Shown here piece by piece: positions 1-10,149 of a stretch of DNA of 64,000 bases. Source of the DNA: Candidatus Heimdallarchaeum endolithica (GTDB lineage: Archaea; Asgardarchaeota; Heimdallarchaeia; Heimdallarchaeales; Heimdallarchaeaceae); assembly GCA_021513715.1 (NCBI GenBank), contig CP084167.1, positions 2,944,001-3,008,000 of the forward strand. The letters run 5' to 3'. The position numbers and the translations under genes were made by a program. Within the stretch, counting starts at the first letter, position 1. Each line of letters begins with the position of its first letter. The notes under the pieces were generated by a model, which did not search any database, had not been told where the DNA came from, and saw nothing but the letters and a program-made list of their open reading frames with translations.

Positions 1-828
1 ATTTATTCGCCTAAACTAGGTATCTACTCTGAATTTAATTTTCCAATGGAGAATACAAGTTTTTTAGAAGAGTTTTTTGACAATCTAAAAAATGAAAAGG
101 TGATTGACTCTTTCACCATTTTTGAATCAACCCATATTGAGAAAACGTTACCATTAAATCTCAATAAAGTTAGTTTAGATACTCTTAGTTGGGAATATGA
201 TTGGAATACCTTAAAAGAATCCTTAGACAAAACAGAAAAAGCTGTTATTCCTGTTCCTCCCCGAAATATGCTTAAATCTATGAAAGAACTTGATTTTAAG
301 ATCTTAAGCATTCTTACCGTTAATGCAGATTATTCTCAGAGAGAGATAAGTCGGATGTTAAAAAGAGATAGAACTGAAGTTTGGAGGAGATTCAAGTTTC
401 TTGAAGAGAATATTATATCTGGATATCGTTCCAAAATTAATCGTCAAAAATTTAACATCACAAGCAATAAAATCATTTTCTTAAGGTTTGAAGATGAGTT
501 GGAACTCTGGCAATATTTTTCTCTTCTTTCTGACGAACAACTGCGCCCTCCTTTTCGATATAGAATAGAAATATTAAAAGAAAAAAATTCTACAAAAAAA
601 ATCTTTCAAATTTATATTTCACTTCCTCAAAATCATGAAGCACAGCTATTCTACTTTATTGCAGATAATACGGATTTTGAGAGTTATAATATTGATACAG
701 TAGGTGCGCATGGTGTAAGATATTCCTTTTATGAACCTAATTTTGATTATAATAGTTGGAAATGGAAAATAAACAGGAAATATGTTGTGACTGACACTAT
801 TAGAAATGTTATATCTAAAAAAATCTGA
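1..828 (+). CDS. Lrp/AsnC-type winged-helix transcriptional regulator, 5'-truncated by window edge
   Basis: Frame is open from base 1 (IYSPKLGIYSEFNFP-M). AsnC-like HTH: ELDFKILSILTVNADYSQREISRMLKRDRTEVWRRFKFLEENIISGY. Confidence 0.7.
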   Translation: MYSPKLGIYSEFNFPMENTSFLEEFFDNLKNEKVIDSFTIFESTHIEKTLPLNLNKVSLDTLSWEYDWNTLKESLDKTEKAVIPVPPRNMLKSMKELDFKILSILTVNADYSQREISRMLKRDRTEVWRRFKFLEENIISGYRSKINRQKFNITSNKIIFLRFEDELELWQYFSLLSDEQLRPPFRYRIEILKEKNSTKKIFQIYISLPQNHEAQLFYFIADNTDFESYNIDTVGAHGVRYSFYEPNFDYNSWKWKINRKYVVTDTIRNVISKKI

Positions 829-957
829 TTTAATTTCTGAATTATCAACTAAAGCTAAAACATTGAAAAATATTTCTAATTTTTCTATTTATGTTATAAA
901 GTCTTAAAGAAATATATTTAAAGAAATTAGATTGTCTTTGAATAAGAGGAAAGAAAA

Positions 958-2268
958 ATGAATATAATGAATGACATTAATGATTCTGACTCTATAGTAG
1001 CTGATGCAATTTTAAAAGAACTAAAGCGCCAAGAGGAAGGAATTGAACTTATTCCTTCTGAGAATTATACATCACGAGCTGTGTTGCAAGCAGTTGGAAG
1101 CGTATTTACTAATAAATACTCTGAAGGTTACCCTAAAAAGAGATACTATGGTGGAAATGAAATTGTGGATGAAGTTGAGCAGATAGCCATTGACAGAGCA
1201 AAAGAGCTATTTGGTTGTGAGCATGTTAATGTACAACCTTATTCTGGTTCTCCGGCAAATCAAGCAGTATTTTTTGCTCTTTTAGAGTTGGGTGATAAGT
1301 TTTTAGGCTTAAATCTCACATCTGGAGGACACCTTACTCACGGAAGCCATGTGAATTTCTCTGGTAAAAACTATACTTGCGTGAGCTATGATGTCGATAA
1401 AGAAACAGAAATGTTAGATATGGACTCAATTAGAAAATTAGCAATAGAAGAGAAACCCAAAATGATCATTTCTGGATTAACTGCTTATCCACGAGAAATT
1501 GATTTTAAAGCTTTTCAGGAGATTGCTGAAGAAGTAGACGCTTATCACTTTGCAGATATCTCTCATATTGCAGGATTAGTAGCTGGAGGGGTTCATCCAA
1601 GTCCTGTTCCACATGCTGATGTAGTAACAACAACAACTCATAAAAGCTTAAGAGGTCCTAGAGGAGCTATTATAATGACAAAAATTGAAGATAGGTTACA
1701 TGACAAATATCACCCAAATACGAAGAAAAACCTTGCTCAACTGATCGATTCTGCTGTTTTTCCTGGTCTCCAAGGAGGTCCTCATGACAATACAACAGCA
1801 GCAAAAGCAGTAGCTTTAGGAGAAGCACTCAAACCAGAGTTTAAGGATTATGCTCTGCAAATTGTTAAAAATGCTAAAGCTTTAGCTGATGAGCTAATGT
1901 CACTTGGAATTAAGTTAGTTACAAATGGAACAGACAATCATTTGATTTTAATTGATCTCCGTCCAGAAGGATTAACTGGTAAAGGTAAACTTATTCAAAA
2001 CGCACTTGATGCAGCAGGTATAACAGTGAACAAGAACACAGTCCCCTATGAACCTTCTACACCATTCAATCCATCAGGAATAAGATTAGGAACTCCAGCA
2101 ATAACAACAAGAGGAATGAAAGAATCAGAGATGAAAGTTATTGCAGAAGGTTTAGCTAAAGTCATAAAAGCTAAAGGAGACCCAGAGGTTAGTGCTAAAG
2201 TGAAACAAGATATTTTAGAACTTACCAAACAGTTTCCATTATATCCTGGATTGAATATTCTAAAGTAA
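958..2268 (+). CDS. glyA: Serine hydroxymethyltransferase (bacterial-type)
   Basis: ELIPSENY, NKYSEGYPKKRYYGG, GGHLTHG, PLP-lysine motif TTTTHKSLRGPRG, SGIRLGTPA. Confidence 0.97.
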   Translation: MNIMNDINDSDSIVADAILKELKRQEEGIELIPSENYTSRAVLQAVGSVFTNKYSEGYPKKRYYGGNEIVDEVEQIAIDRAKELFGCEHVNVQPYSGSPANQAVFFALLELGDKFLGLNLTSGGHLTHGSHVNFSGKNYTCVSYDVDKETEMLDMDSIRKLAIEEKPKMIISGLTAYPREIDFKAFQEIAEEVDAYHFADISHIAGLVAGGVHPSPVPHADVVTTTTHKSLRGPRGAIIMTKIEDRLHDKYHPNTKKNLAQLIDSAVFPGLQGGPHDNTTAAKAVALGEALKPEFKDYALQIVKNAKALADELMSLGIKLVTNGTDNHLILIDLRPEGLTGKGKLIQNALDAAGITVNKNTVPYEPSTPFNPSGIRLGTPAITTRGMKESEMKVIAEGLAKVIKAKGDPEVSAKVKQDILELTKQFPLYPGLNILK

Positions 2269-2313
2269 ATATCCATTCTTTTCTTTTCTTTTCATTTTTT
2301 AGAAATATAAGAA

Positions 2314-2487
2314 TTAAGTTCTTTTTCCAGAAAGATTTAATTTATAGGTTCGAACTGTTTTGGGTTGAATAATTTTGCCAGTTGGAGTTATAAAAGATAA
2401 TGCATCGAAGGGACATTGAACAATACAAGCTCCACATCTTATACAATCTCTTGAGTTAATTATTTCTATTTTTTTTGGTTTAAGCAT
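2314..2487 (-). CDS. Small 4Fe-4S binding protein (single cluster motif; possibly a truncated ferredoxin)
   Basis: CIRCGACIVQCPFDAL (CxxCxxCxxxCP); ATG at 2487. Confidence 0.6.
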   Translation of the reverse strand: MLKPKKIEIINSRDCIRCGACIVQCPFDALSFITPTGKIIQPKTVRTYKLNLSGKRT

Positions 2488-2531
2488 ATAGAAATAAGAT
2501 AAAAATAAAAATGGAGCATAACTAACATTTA

Positions 2532-2996
2532 CTAGTACTCTGGAGTGGCATCTTCCCAAAGAAAGTCCCACATTTCAGAGGTGTACAAAGTTTTTTTCTC
2601 AATTATAACCCGCATAAGTCTTTTCAGAAGAGCATGATGTCTGATTTCATCTTGAAAAATTGCTCTAATTACAAATCTCTCTTTTTCACTTTCAAGTTTC
2701 TCAAGTAGTTCTTTGTAAGTTTCAATGGCAGATGATTCAAGATCGATGTGTTCCTGAATTACTTTACCAATAATATCAGATTGTTTCTCTCCAATAAAAG
2801 GAGATGTTTCACTAACTAATGTAATTAAAGCATTTAGCATACTTTTATGTTTCTGAGAATCTATTGCAATTGATAAAATAAGTTCTTTTACTAAACTATT
2901 TTCTATTTCTTCTACAGATTCCTTTGCTTTTTTTATTATTTGTTCCTCGAGATCTATTTGTTTTTTATAAAAGTCTAGTTTTTCATCTTGATTCAT
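2532..2996 (-). CDS. Ferritin-like (rubrerythrin-type) four-helix diiron protein
   Basis: Duplicated E...D/ExxH pattern: IDLEE...DSQKH and IDLES...DEIRH. Confidence 0.75.
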   Translation of the reverse strand: MNQDEKLDFYKKQIDLEEQIIKKAKESVEEIENSLVKELILSIAIDSQKHKSMLNALITLVSETSPFIGEKQSDIIGKVIQEHIDLESSAIETYKELLEKLESEKERFVIRAIFQDEIRHHALLKRLMRVIIEKKTLYTSEMWDFLWEDATPEY

Positions 2997-3139
2997 TATT
3001 ATCAATTGTACATAAAAGTTATTTTTATACAAGAACTTTTTTATCGGAAATCCTTGATTTTGTTATAGACAATAGAATAACACTTCAAGCGAATAGTTTT
3101 TAAATTAACATCAAACTCGAGAAATAAGTGAGATAGATA

Positions 3140-3418
3140 ATGTCCTCAGAAAAAAGAGTAGTTAGAAAGAAGAAGAAATTTGGTCTAGTCCTTGAGTTTG
3201 TACCAGTAGTTAGAGATCTATTTCCTGATGACGAAGTAAAAGAAAAAATACAAGGAGAAATAAAAAGAGCAAATGGGCTTACTCCTCAATTTCTTGCAGA
3301 AAAATATAATGTACGAATTAGTACAATCAAAAAAATGCTCAAAAAAGCAGAAGAAAATGGTATTGTGGAATGTGTTGCAAGCAATAAACGTACAAAAGTT
3401 TATCAAGCAAAGCAATAG
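3140..3418 (+). CDS. rps25e: Ribosomal protein eS25 (S25e)
   Basis: 92 aa, basic, winged-helix pattern LTPQFLAEKYNVRISTIKKMLKKAEENGIV...NKRTKVY. Confidence 0.8.
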   Translation: MSSEKRVVRKKKKFGLVLEFVPVVRDLFPDDEVKEKIQGEIKRANGLTPQFLAEKYNVRISTIKKMLKKAEENGIVECVASNKRTKVYQAKQ

Positions 3419-3485
3419 TAATAAGTCTATTTTTAACTATTTTTATCATTTAATGCTATTTTTTAGAATTTTAAAAAATAATTTA

Positions 3486-4460
3486 TTAATAAAATTCAAG
3501 ACTAGCTGGTGATGTGTCAGATATCCCTTGCTCTGTGACATAAAAGAGAATTTCTCGATCTGGAAAACGAGAACTATCGAATAATCTAGCTATTCTTGCA
3601 CTTCCTCTACTTTTTCTAAGAAAAATCCTTTGTTGTGGGCGATGAGCCCAAGCAAAACCTAAAGCAGGTTCTTCTCCGCTACCATAGAGAAATTGATCAA
3701 TTGCTGCAATAATTTGATTAGTAACAACAATAGCAACGTCATGATCTACAGCTATTTCTACAAGTTTTTCAGCTAAATTCATGATTTTTTGTTGTCTTTC
3801 CACTAGCCTATTTTTCCCAATGAACTCTGCGCGAAAATGTGCTGCTAGAGAGTCTATGATTACCAGTTTAATATTTTCTTCTGGTATAATTTTTTCTAGT
3901 TGATTAATGTACGCAAGCATTATATCGGTGTTAGACGTAGGTGCTACTAGTATGTTGTCTAAAACTTTTTTTGTATTCTTTATCCTGAAAGAAGCAATTT
4001 CTTCTATTCTTTGAGGAGAAAAAGTTCTCTCTGTATCTATAAAGAATGCTTTTCCCTCCAGTCCACCAAGATCTTTGGGTAGCTGTACATTAATACATAA
4101 TTGAAAGCAAAGTTGAGTTTTACCACTGCTGAAAGAACCAACTAATTCTGTTATTTCTCCTGTCCAAATACCACCATTAAGCATACTGTCAAATTCTTCT
4201 GAACCTGTAGTAATTCGTCCTCTCCTACGTTCAATTTCCAAAAACTCTGCTGCAGTATAAGGATGAATACCTAACTGTTCTTGTGCTTTTTGTATAATTA
4301 AAGCTGCGAGTTCTTCTTCTATTTCTAAATCTTCAGCAAGTTCTTTTTCACTCATAAGAGATAATTGTCCCAAAGAATAATCTTTTTGTTCCAATTTTTT
4401 TAATAGTTCTTTCTCAATTCCTTCAAGTTGAATCATAGTTGTCTGTTCAACAATGAACAT
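3486..4460 (-). CDS. radA: RadA/RAD51-family recombinase, divergent paralog
   Basis: N-terminal helical domain, RITTGS, Walker A GSFSSGKT, IDTE, Walker B LVIIDS, HFRAE, VTNQ; divergent L2 region PALGFAWAH. Confidence 0.85.
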   Translation of the reverse strand: MFIVEQTTMIQLEGIEKELLKKLEQKDYSLGQLSLMSEKELAEDLEIEEELAALIIQKAQEQLGIHPYTAAEFLEIERRRGRITTGSEEFDSMLNGGIWTGEITELVGSFSSGKTQLCFQLCINVQLPKDLGGLEGKAFFIDTERTFSPQRIEEIASFRIKNTKKVLDNILVAPTSNTDIMLAYINQLEKIIPEENIKLVIIDSLAAHFRAEFIGKNRLVERQQKIMNLAEKLVEIAVDHDVAIVVTNQIIAAIDQFLYGSGEEPALGFAWAHRPQQRIFLRKSRGSARIARLFDSSRFPDREILFYVTEQGISDTSPASLEFY

Positions 4461-4568
4461 TTAAATATATAAAACTATTACCAAAAAAAAGGAAAAAGTA
4501 TAATAGAACTGATACTACACAAGTGTGTTATCAATTCTAAATTCCTCTATTGTCTTTTTGATAATGAC

Positions 4569-5822
4569 TTAATCGTTTTTTTCATTTAGCTTATATTTAT
4601 CAACATCATTAATCAGAAGCGAAATAACAAAACCAATAGCAAACAATGATGCAATAATTATATAATTAACAAATAGGGAGGGAATAAACATTACACAAAG
4701 TATCAATGCAATTCCACTTATTTGTCCAGCCCACATCATCCATCCATTTGAAACTTCCTCTGGAAGTGGATAAGTAATCTCAGCAGCAAAAGTCAAAGCT
4801 ACAGGTAAAGCAGCAACAAGAAAGAAACCTAAAATTGTTGCTTCTATCAACCTTTCTACATAACTGTCAAAGAAGTACATGAATAAAATAAGTATGGTAC
4901 CAACAAACATTGCAATAATCAAAAAGATTTTTCTCTTGTGAAATTTGTCTGAAAGTGTACTTAATATTACAGCTCCAATAATCCCTCCAATAATCATTGC
5001 TCCTCCAATATTTCCTGCAGCAGAAATGTTTGTAGGGTCATTGAATAGTATGTCAATCTCAGTACTGATTGCATTGAATATTCCTAAGCCTATTAAAACT
5101 AAACCAAAAAGCATTATTAGATCTCTGTTCTTGAAACTCTCTTTTTTGGAAACTGTGATTTTCTCATCTTTAATACTATATAGATTAGGAGGGAGATTAG
5201 GTTTTTCTCTTATAGTAACAAAATATAAAACAGCTAAAACCAATGAAAGAACACCATAAGTAAGTAAGAGCCCTTCTAGTGAAATAGTAGTATATAGAAC
5301 AGGGGTTAACATAAAAGCCAATATTGCACCAAGCAACAGTGTCATTGTGTTTAGTCCTGTAGCTAAAGTCTTTTCTTCCTCAGGAAACCAGTTGACTGAT
5401 AACTTAGTAAAAGAATTCAAAACAAAAGGTTGTCCAATAGCAATAAGAGTTTGAGTAATCATAATCCAAATAAAATTAGTTACAAAAAAACCTCTTAAAA
5501 AAGCAAATAACCCAGTAAGTGCTACACCTATACCTGTTCCAAATCTGAGTCCTAACTTTTCTATGCTACTAGTGGCAACAAAATTAAAAGGAATGTAGGC
5601 AATCATGAACACCATAGATAACATGAGAATCCAATTAGTACTGACTTCATAAATAGTAGCTACTTCAAATGTAATAGGTGTAAAAGTAAGCCAAAGTATT
5701 TGAGTATCTAAAGTCATCAGAGAAAAGACAACAAGTATGATCCACCTATAAGCAGATTTACCTAAAGTAGGGGAATGGCCATCTTGGTGGTCAATTTCAG
5801 AATCATGATGAATATTATCCAT
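4569..5822 (-). CDS. MFS transporter (FLVCR/SLC49-like)
   Basis: About 12 TM segments; YRWIIL...WLTF, GQPF...WFP..E...ATG, LSDKFHKRK, AEITYP. Confidence 0.85.
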   Translation of the reverse strand: MDNIHHDSEIDHQDGHSPTLGKSAYRWIILVVFSLMTLDTQILWLTFTPITFEVATIYEVSTNWILMLSMVFMIAYIPFNFVATSSIEKLGLRFGTGIGVALTGLFAFLRGFFVTNFIWIMITQTLIAIGQPFVLNSFTKLSVNWFPEEEKTLATGLNTMTLLLGAILAFMLTPVLYTTISLEGLLLTYGVLSLVLAVLYFVTIREKPNLPPNLYSIKDEKITVSKKESFKNRDLIMLFGLVLIGLGIFNAISTEIDILFNDPTNISAAGNIGGAMIIGGIIGAVILSTLSDKFHKRKIFLIIAMFVGTILILFMYFFDSYVERLIEATILGFFLVAALPVALTFAAEITYPLPEEVSNGWMMWAGQISGIALILCVMFIPSLFVNYIIIASLFAIGFVISLLINDVDKYKLNEKND

Positions 5823-6021
5823 TTGATGGAAAAAAATGTACTTGTATAAATAATTAATTGTAAAAGGTTATTGTAATTTTTTATAATTAGCACTTCACAA
5901 TGTTTCAATTTAAGATTTAGTTATTTTAAACAATTCTCCCACCATTTCAAAATAATGACTTTCTGCTAAAAAATAATAATTCTACTCAAAGAAAGGAAAA
6001 TATCAATTTTAAAAAATATTC

Positions 6022-6037
6022 TTAAATAAATATATTA
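6022..6037 (+). repeat. Target-site duplication, left copy (TTAAATAAATATATTA); right copy at 7048-7063
   Basis: Exact 16-bp direct repeat abutting both IS ends. Confidence 0.9.
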
Positions 6038-7047
6038 TGTATACTCAACTCACATTGGTAACAAATAAATAGAAGTGGGTTACGTGGGTAAGTGATATAT
6101 TATGAACAAAAACGAACGTAACCTGGAGAAACTAAGAAAGATTGTGGTTAAAAAAGCTTTGGAAGGAGAGAAGATAAAAGAGGTAGCTCACAAGTATATG
6201 GTGAGTAGGAAGTTTGTGTATAAGTGGTTGAAGAGGTTCAGAGAGAACCCTGAAGGAGTATGGTGGAAAGATAGATCTTCCAGACCAAAAACTATACACA
6301 GGAAAGTAGATGAGGAGTTAAAAGAGAGGATAAGGGAGTTAAGAATAAAACAAGGAATGAATGTGGAGAAGATAGCTTATTTGTTGAAGAGAGAAGGAAA
6401 AGCACTCTCTCAGACGACAGTGACGAAAGTAATAAAAGAGTTAGGTCTTCCTTTATGGGTTAATAGAAAAAAGAGGAAAAGACCTCGATACAAGAGTTTT
6501 GAACGTCAAAAACCTAACGAACTCTGGCAAATAGATGTGAAAGGACCATTCTGGGTAGAAGAACAGGGACAACATCTCCACCTCATAACCTTGATAGACG
6601 ACCACTCACGATTCTGTCTGGGAGCTGAATTCCACCCTTTTGCACCAAAAAAAGAGCAGATAATAAGTTTGCTAGAGGAAGCAATAAAAGAGTACGGTTA
6701 CCCCGAGTCTATACTTACTGACAATGGAGCACTCTTCTCTTCCGTTAGAGGAGGAACAAGTACCTTCTCCCGTTGGTGTCAAACAGAAGGAATAAAGCAC
6801 ATCAGAGCTAGAGTTTTTCACCCTGAAACATGTGGAAAAGTAGAAAGACTACATGGGACAATCATCCGTGAGATGGAAAGATTAGGTCTAAAATACTGCA
6901 ACCCCGACCTCTCCTACTATCGCTCTTACTACAATTTTAGTCGTCCTCACCAATCTCTTAACTTCCTCACCCCAGGAGAAAGATTTATGAATCACCCCTA
7001 TGTTTCTCTAGTACCCAAAAGTGTAACCCAAGTCTATTGAGTAAACA
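6038..7047 (+). mobile_element. IS481-family insertion sequence, apparently intact (1010 bp)
   Basis: TGT...ACA ends; 26-bp imperfect terminal IRs (6038-6063 and 7022-7047, 19/26 match); 16-bp flanking direct repeat. Confidence 0.92.
6102..7040 (+). CDS. IS481-family DDE transposase
   Basis: HTH N-terminus (YKWLKRF...DRSSRP), WQID, IDDHSR, LTDNG, GKVERLH, YYNFSRPHQSL. Confidence 0.95.
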   Translation: MNKNERNLEKLRKIVVKKALEGEKIKEVAHKYMVSRKFVYKWLKRFRENPEGVWWKDRSSRPKTIHRKVDEELKERIRELRIKQGMNVEKIAYLLKREGKALSQTTVTKVIKELGLPLWVNRKKRKRPRYKSFERQKPNELWQIDVKGPFWVEEQGQHLHLITLIDDHSRFCLGAEFHPFAPKKEQIISLLEEAIKEYGYPESILTDNGALFSSVRGGTSTFSRWCQTEGIKHIRARVFHPETCGKVERLHGTIIREMERLGLKYCNPDLSYYRSYYNFSRPHQSLNFLTPGERFMNHPYVSLVPKSVTQVY

Positions 7048-7067
7048 TTAAATAAATATATTAAAAA

Positions 7068-7322
7068 ATGTTTATATATAAAGAATGTAATACGCTTCTG
7101 AGAAAAATGAGTTACGATATAAAAAAAGATTACGTAACGCCAAAAAAAATCGAAAATGAACTAAAAGCGATACTTTACGATATGCAAAGTAAAAATACTG
7201 CTGTTATAGAAGATGCTTGTTATAAATGGGTTAAAATAGAAGAAAAATTTGCTAATTATATTTCTGAAGAAAAAAGAAAAGAATTAGCAAAAAGAATAAG
7301 AAAACTTAAACATTATAGCTAA
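7068..7322 (+). CDS. Small basic helical hypothetical protein
   Basis: 84-aa ORF immediately after the IS; no recognisable motif. Confidence 0.45.
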   Translation: MFIYKECNTLLRKMSYDIKKDYVTPKKIENELKAILYDMQSKNTAVIEDACYKWVKIEEKFANYISEEKRKELAKRIRKLKHYS

Positions 7323-7602
7323 AAAATACTTCATAATTGATACAAAAATAGATTTAAATTGGAAGATTAATTTTATAGTTTTATTCTTTTTACAGACTTA
7401 AAACTATTTTTTTATCAAAAGTTGACTGACAGTAAATTTTATATATCAGTCTAAGTCGAATTTTTACGGAAATTGTTTCTCATGCTAAAAAAGACAAATA
7501 AAAAAGATAGTTAAAATCACTTGGTAAATAGGAAGCAACAAATAACGATTGAATATAAAAAACCAAGATTAATGAGAAATAAAATAAAAAAAGGTGAATG
7601 AA

Positions 7603-9219
7603 ATGTACGGACAACCAATATATATTTTGAAAGAAGGAACAGAAAGAACAACAGGAAAAGATGCACAAAGAAATAATATTTCAGCTGCTAAAGCAGTAGC
7701 AGAAGCAGTAAGAACAGCTCTTGGACCAAAAGGAATGGACAAAATGCTTGTAGATGGATTTAGTGATGCAACTGTAACAAACGATGGAGTAACCATTCTT
7801 AAAGAGATCGAAGTTCAGCATCCTGCTGCAAAATTTGTTATCGATCTAGCTAAGACTCAAGACCAAGAGACTGGAGACGGTACCACTTCTGTTGTAGTTA
7901 TTGCTGGAGAGCTTCTTAAACAAGCTGAAGAGCTTTTAGATATTAATATTCATCCAAGTTTAATTATTGAAGGTTACAAACTTGCAATGGAAGAAGTAAG
8001 GAACATTCTTGAAAAAATAGCTATTCCTGTTCCATTTGATGATGCTGAAATGATGAAGAATATTTCTATGACTTCCATGAGCAGTAAAATTATCGCTAGT
8101 GAGAAAGAATTTATGTCTGATATTGTTGTTGAAGCCGTTAGATCAGTTACAGAGGATCGTGATGGTAAAAAAATTGCAGATATTGATAATATATTGATAC
8201 AAAAGAAACGTGGAGGAAGCATAAGAGATACAGAACTAATCAAAGGATTATTGATTGACAAAGAATTTGTTCATCCAGATATGCCCAAAAAGGTAACTGA
8301 TGCGAAGATTCTTCTTTTAGACAAAGGACTAGAGCTTTCAAAGACAGAAATTGATGCTAAATTACAAATTAGCACTCCTGATCAAGTACAAGCATTTCTA
8401 GACAATGAACATCAAATGCTCAAAGAAATGGCAGAAAAGATAATCGCTTCTGGAGCTAATGTTGTACTCTGTCAGAAAGGAATTGATGATATTATTCAGC
8501 ATTATCTTGCAAAAGCTGGTATATCTGCAGTTCGACGAATTAAGAAATCTGACATGAAGAAACTAGCACGAGCTACTGGAGCTAAGATTACAACCAGCCT
8601 AGAAGATTTATCCAATTATCTTGGAACTGCTGGTTTAGTCGAAGAAGTTGCTATTGGAGACGACCATATGATTAAAATTACAGACTGCAAAGATCCAAAA
8701 GCTGTTTCGATTCTCATTCGTGGTGGAACAGAAATGGTTGTTAATGAGGCTGAACGAGCTATTCATGATGCTTTATGCGTAGTCCGACAGATCATTCACG
8801 ATGAAAAAGCTGTTGCTGGTGGTGGAGCTCCTGAAATTGAAATTGCTTATCGGTTAGCTGAATTTGCTAAAGGACAACCAAGTAAAATACAAAAGGCTGT
8901 TGAACAATTTGCTAAAGCTATGGAAATTATCCCTAGAACCCTCGCTGAAAATGCAGGATTAGACCCAATTGATATTCTCAGCGATTTGTATAGTAAACAT
9001 TCTAAGAATGGTACAACTTTTGGTGTTGATCCCTTCAGTGGCTCTGTTGCTGATATGAAAAAACTTAATGTTGTTGAACCTATTTCAGTTAAGCAACAAG
9101 CTATTAATAGTGCTTCTGAAGCTGCAATGATGATACTCAGAATTGATGATGTCATTGCTGCAAAAGAACTCAGTGGCGGTCCAAATCCACCTGGTCCAGG
9201 TGGAGAAGACTTCGATTAG
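7603..9219 (+). CDS. ths: Thermosome (group II chaperonin) subunit
   Basis: [38 protein letters not shown]; SD-like AGGTGA before ATG 7603. Confidence 0.97.
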   Translation: MYGQPIYILKEGTERTTGKDAQRNNISAAKAVAEAVRTALGPKGMDKMLVDGFSDATVTNDGVTILKEIEVQHPAAKFVIDLAKTQDQETGDGTTSVVVIAGELLKQAEELLDINIHPSLIIEGYKLAMEEVRNILEKIAIPVPFDDAEMMKNISMTSMSSKIIASEKEFMSDIVVEAVRSVTEDRDGKKIADIDNILIQKKRGGSIRDTELIKGLLIDKEFVHPDMPKKVTDAKILLLDKGLELSKTEIDAKLQISTPDQVQAFLDNEHQMLKEMAEKIIASGANVVLCQKGIDDIIQHYLAKAGISAVRRIKKSDMKKLARATGAKITTSLEDLSNYLGTAGLVEEVAIGDDHMIKITDCKDPKAVSILIRGGTEMVVNEAERAIHDALCVVRQIIHDEKAVAGGGAPEIEIAYRLAEFAKGQPSKIQKAVEQFAKAMEIIPRTLAENAGLDPIDILSDLYSKHSKNGTTFGVDPFSGSVADMKKLNVVEPISVKQQAINSASEAAMMILRIDDVIAAKELSGGPNPPGPGGEDFD

Positions 9220-9314
9220 TTCTTCTTTCTTTTTCTTTATCATTCTACTTTTGTTTTGTATGCTTTTTATCTTATTATAGAAAACTTCTTTAGCTTTTTC
9301 CATAACTCTAAAAT

Positions 9315-10121
9315 ATGAAAATTAAACGTGCTATAATTGGTGGTTCAGGTGTCTATGAAATATTTGAAGAATCTGAACCTCTTAACGTAAATGCTTTTGG
9401 TCGTAAAGTTACACTCTATAAACTCGAAAGAAATGGAAAAGAAGTCTTTTTTCTACCTCGACATGGTAAAGATCATAGTGTTCCTCCTCACAAAATTGAC
9501 TATTTAGGAAATATTTATGCACTTTATTCTCTTGGAGTTACAGAGATAATAGCTACTAATGCTGTTGGTTCTATTATTCCTGAAGTTAAACCTGGTGAAT
9601 TCGTTCTTCCTGATCAATTTATTGATAACACTCGTAATCGTGTTCTTACATTTTTTAGTGGAGAAAAAATTAATGGTTGGGAACCTAAGATAAAGTTAAG
9701 TGATGGAACTATTCGAGAAGGGGTTGTTCATTTAGATTATACTGAACCTTATTGTCCCCGCCTCAGAAATCTTTTAGGAGAGATAACAGAAAAATTTGGA
9801 GAAAAGGTTCATTATTCAGGTGTTTACGTTTGTTCAGAAGGACCACGTTTTGAAACACCAGCAGAAGTTGAAATGTATCGCCGTTTTGGGGGTACAATTG
9901 CTGGAATGACAACAGTTCCTGAAGTTGTTCTTGCTCGGGAAGCGAACATGTGTTATGCTACAATATGTTTAGTAACTAATTATGGTGCAGGTATGCAGAA
10001 AAAGGTGACACATGAAGAGGTTATTGAGTTGTTTAATGAAAAAACACAAGTTGTAAGAAAAATTATTGAAAATGCTGTTTTTTCTGATGTTGAAAGCCTA
10101 ACTTGCAACTGCAGAGTTTAA
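9315..10121 (+). CDS. mtnP: 5'-methylthioadenosine/methylthioinosine phosphorylase (MTAP family)
   Basis: IIGGSG, FLPRHG..H..PPH, EGPRFETPAE, GMT.VPE..LARE; VTNY suggests 6-oxopurine preference. Confidence 0.88.
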   Translation: MKIKRAIIGGSGVYEIFEESEPLNVNAFGRKVTLYKLERNGKEVFFLPRHGKDHSVPPHKIDYLGNIYALYSLGVTEIIATNAVGSIIPEVKPGEFVLPDQFIDNTRNRVLTFFSGEKINGWEPKIKLSDGTIREGVVHLDYTEPYCPRLRNLLGEITEKFGEKVHYSGVYVCSEGPRFETPAEVEMYRRFGGTIAGMTTVPEVVLAREANMCYATICLVTNYGAGMQKKVTHEEVIELFNEKTQVVRKIIENAVFSDVESLTCNCRV

Positions 10122-10149
10122 CTTTCTTTGTTTTCTTTTATTTTTAAAT

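Noticed and set aside
4510-4533. Imperfect palindrome between the MFS gene and radA
   Set aside because: Single weak instance; cannot distinguish operator from chance
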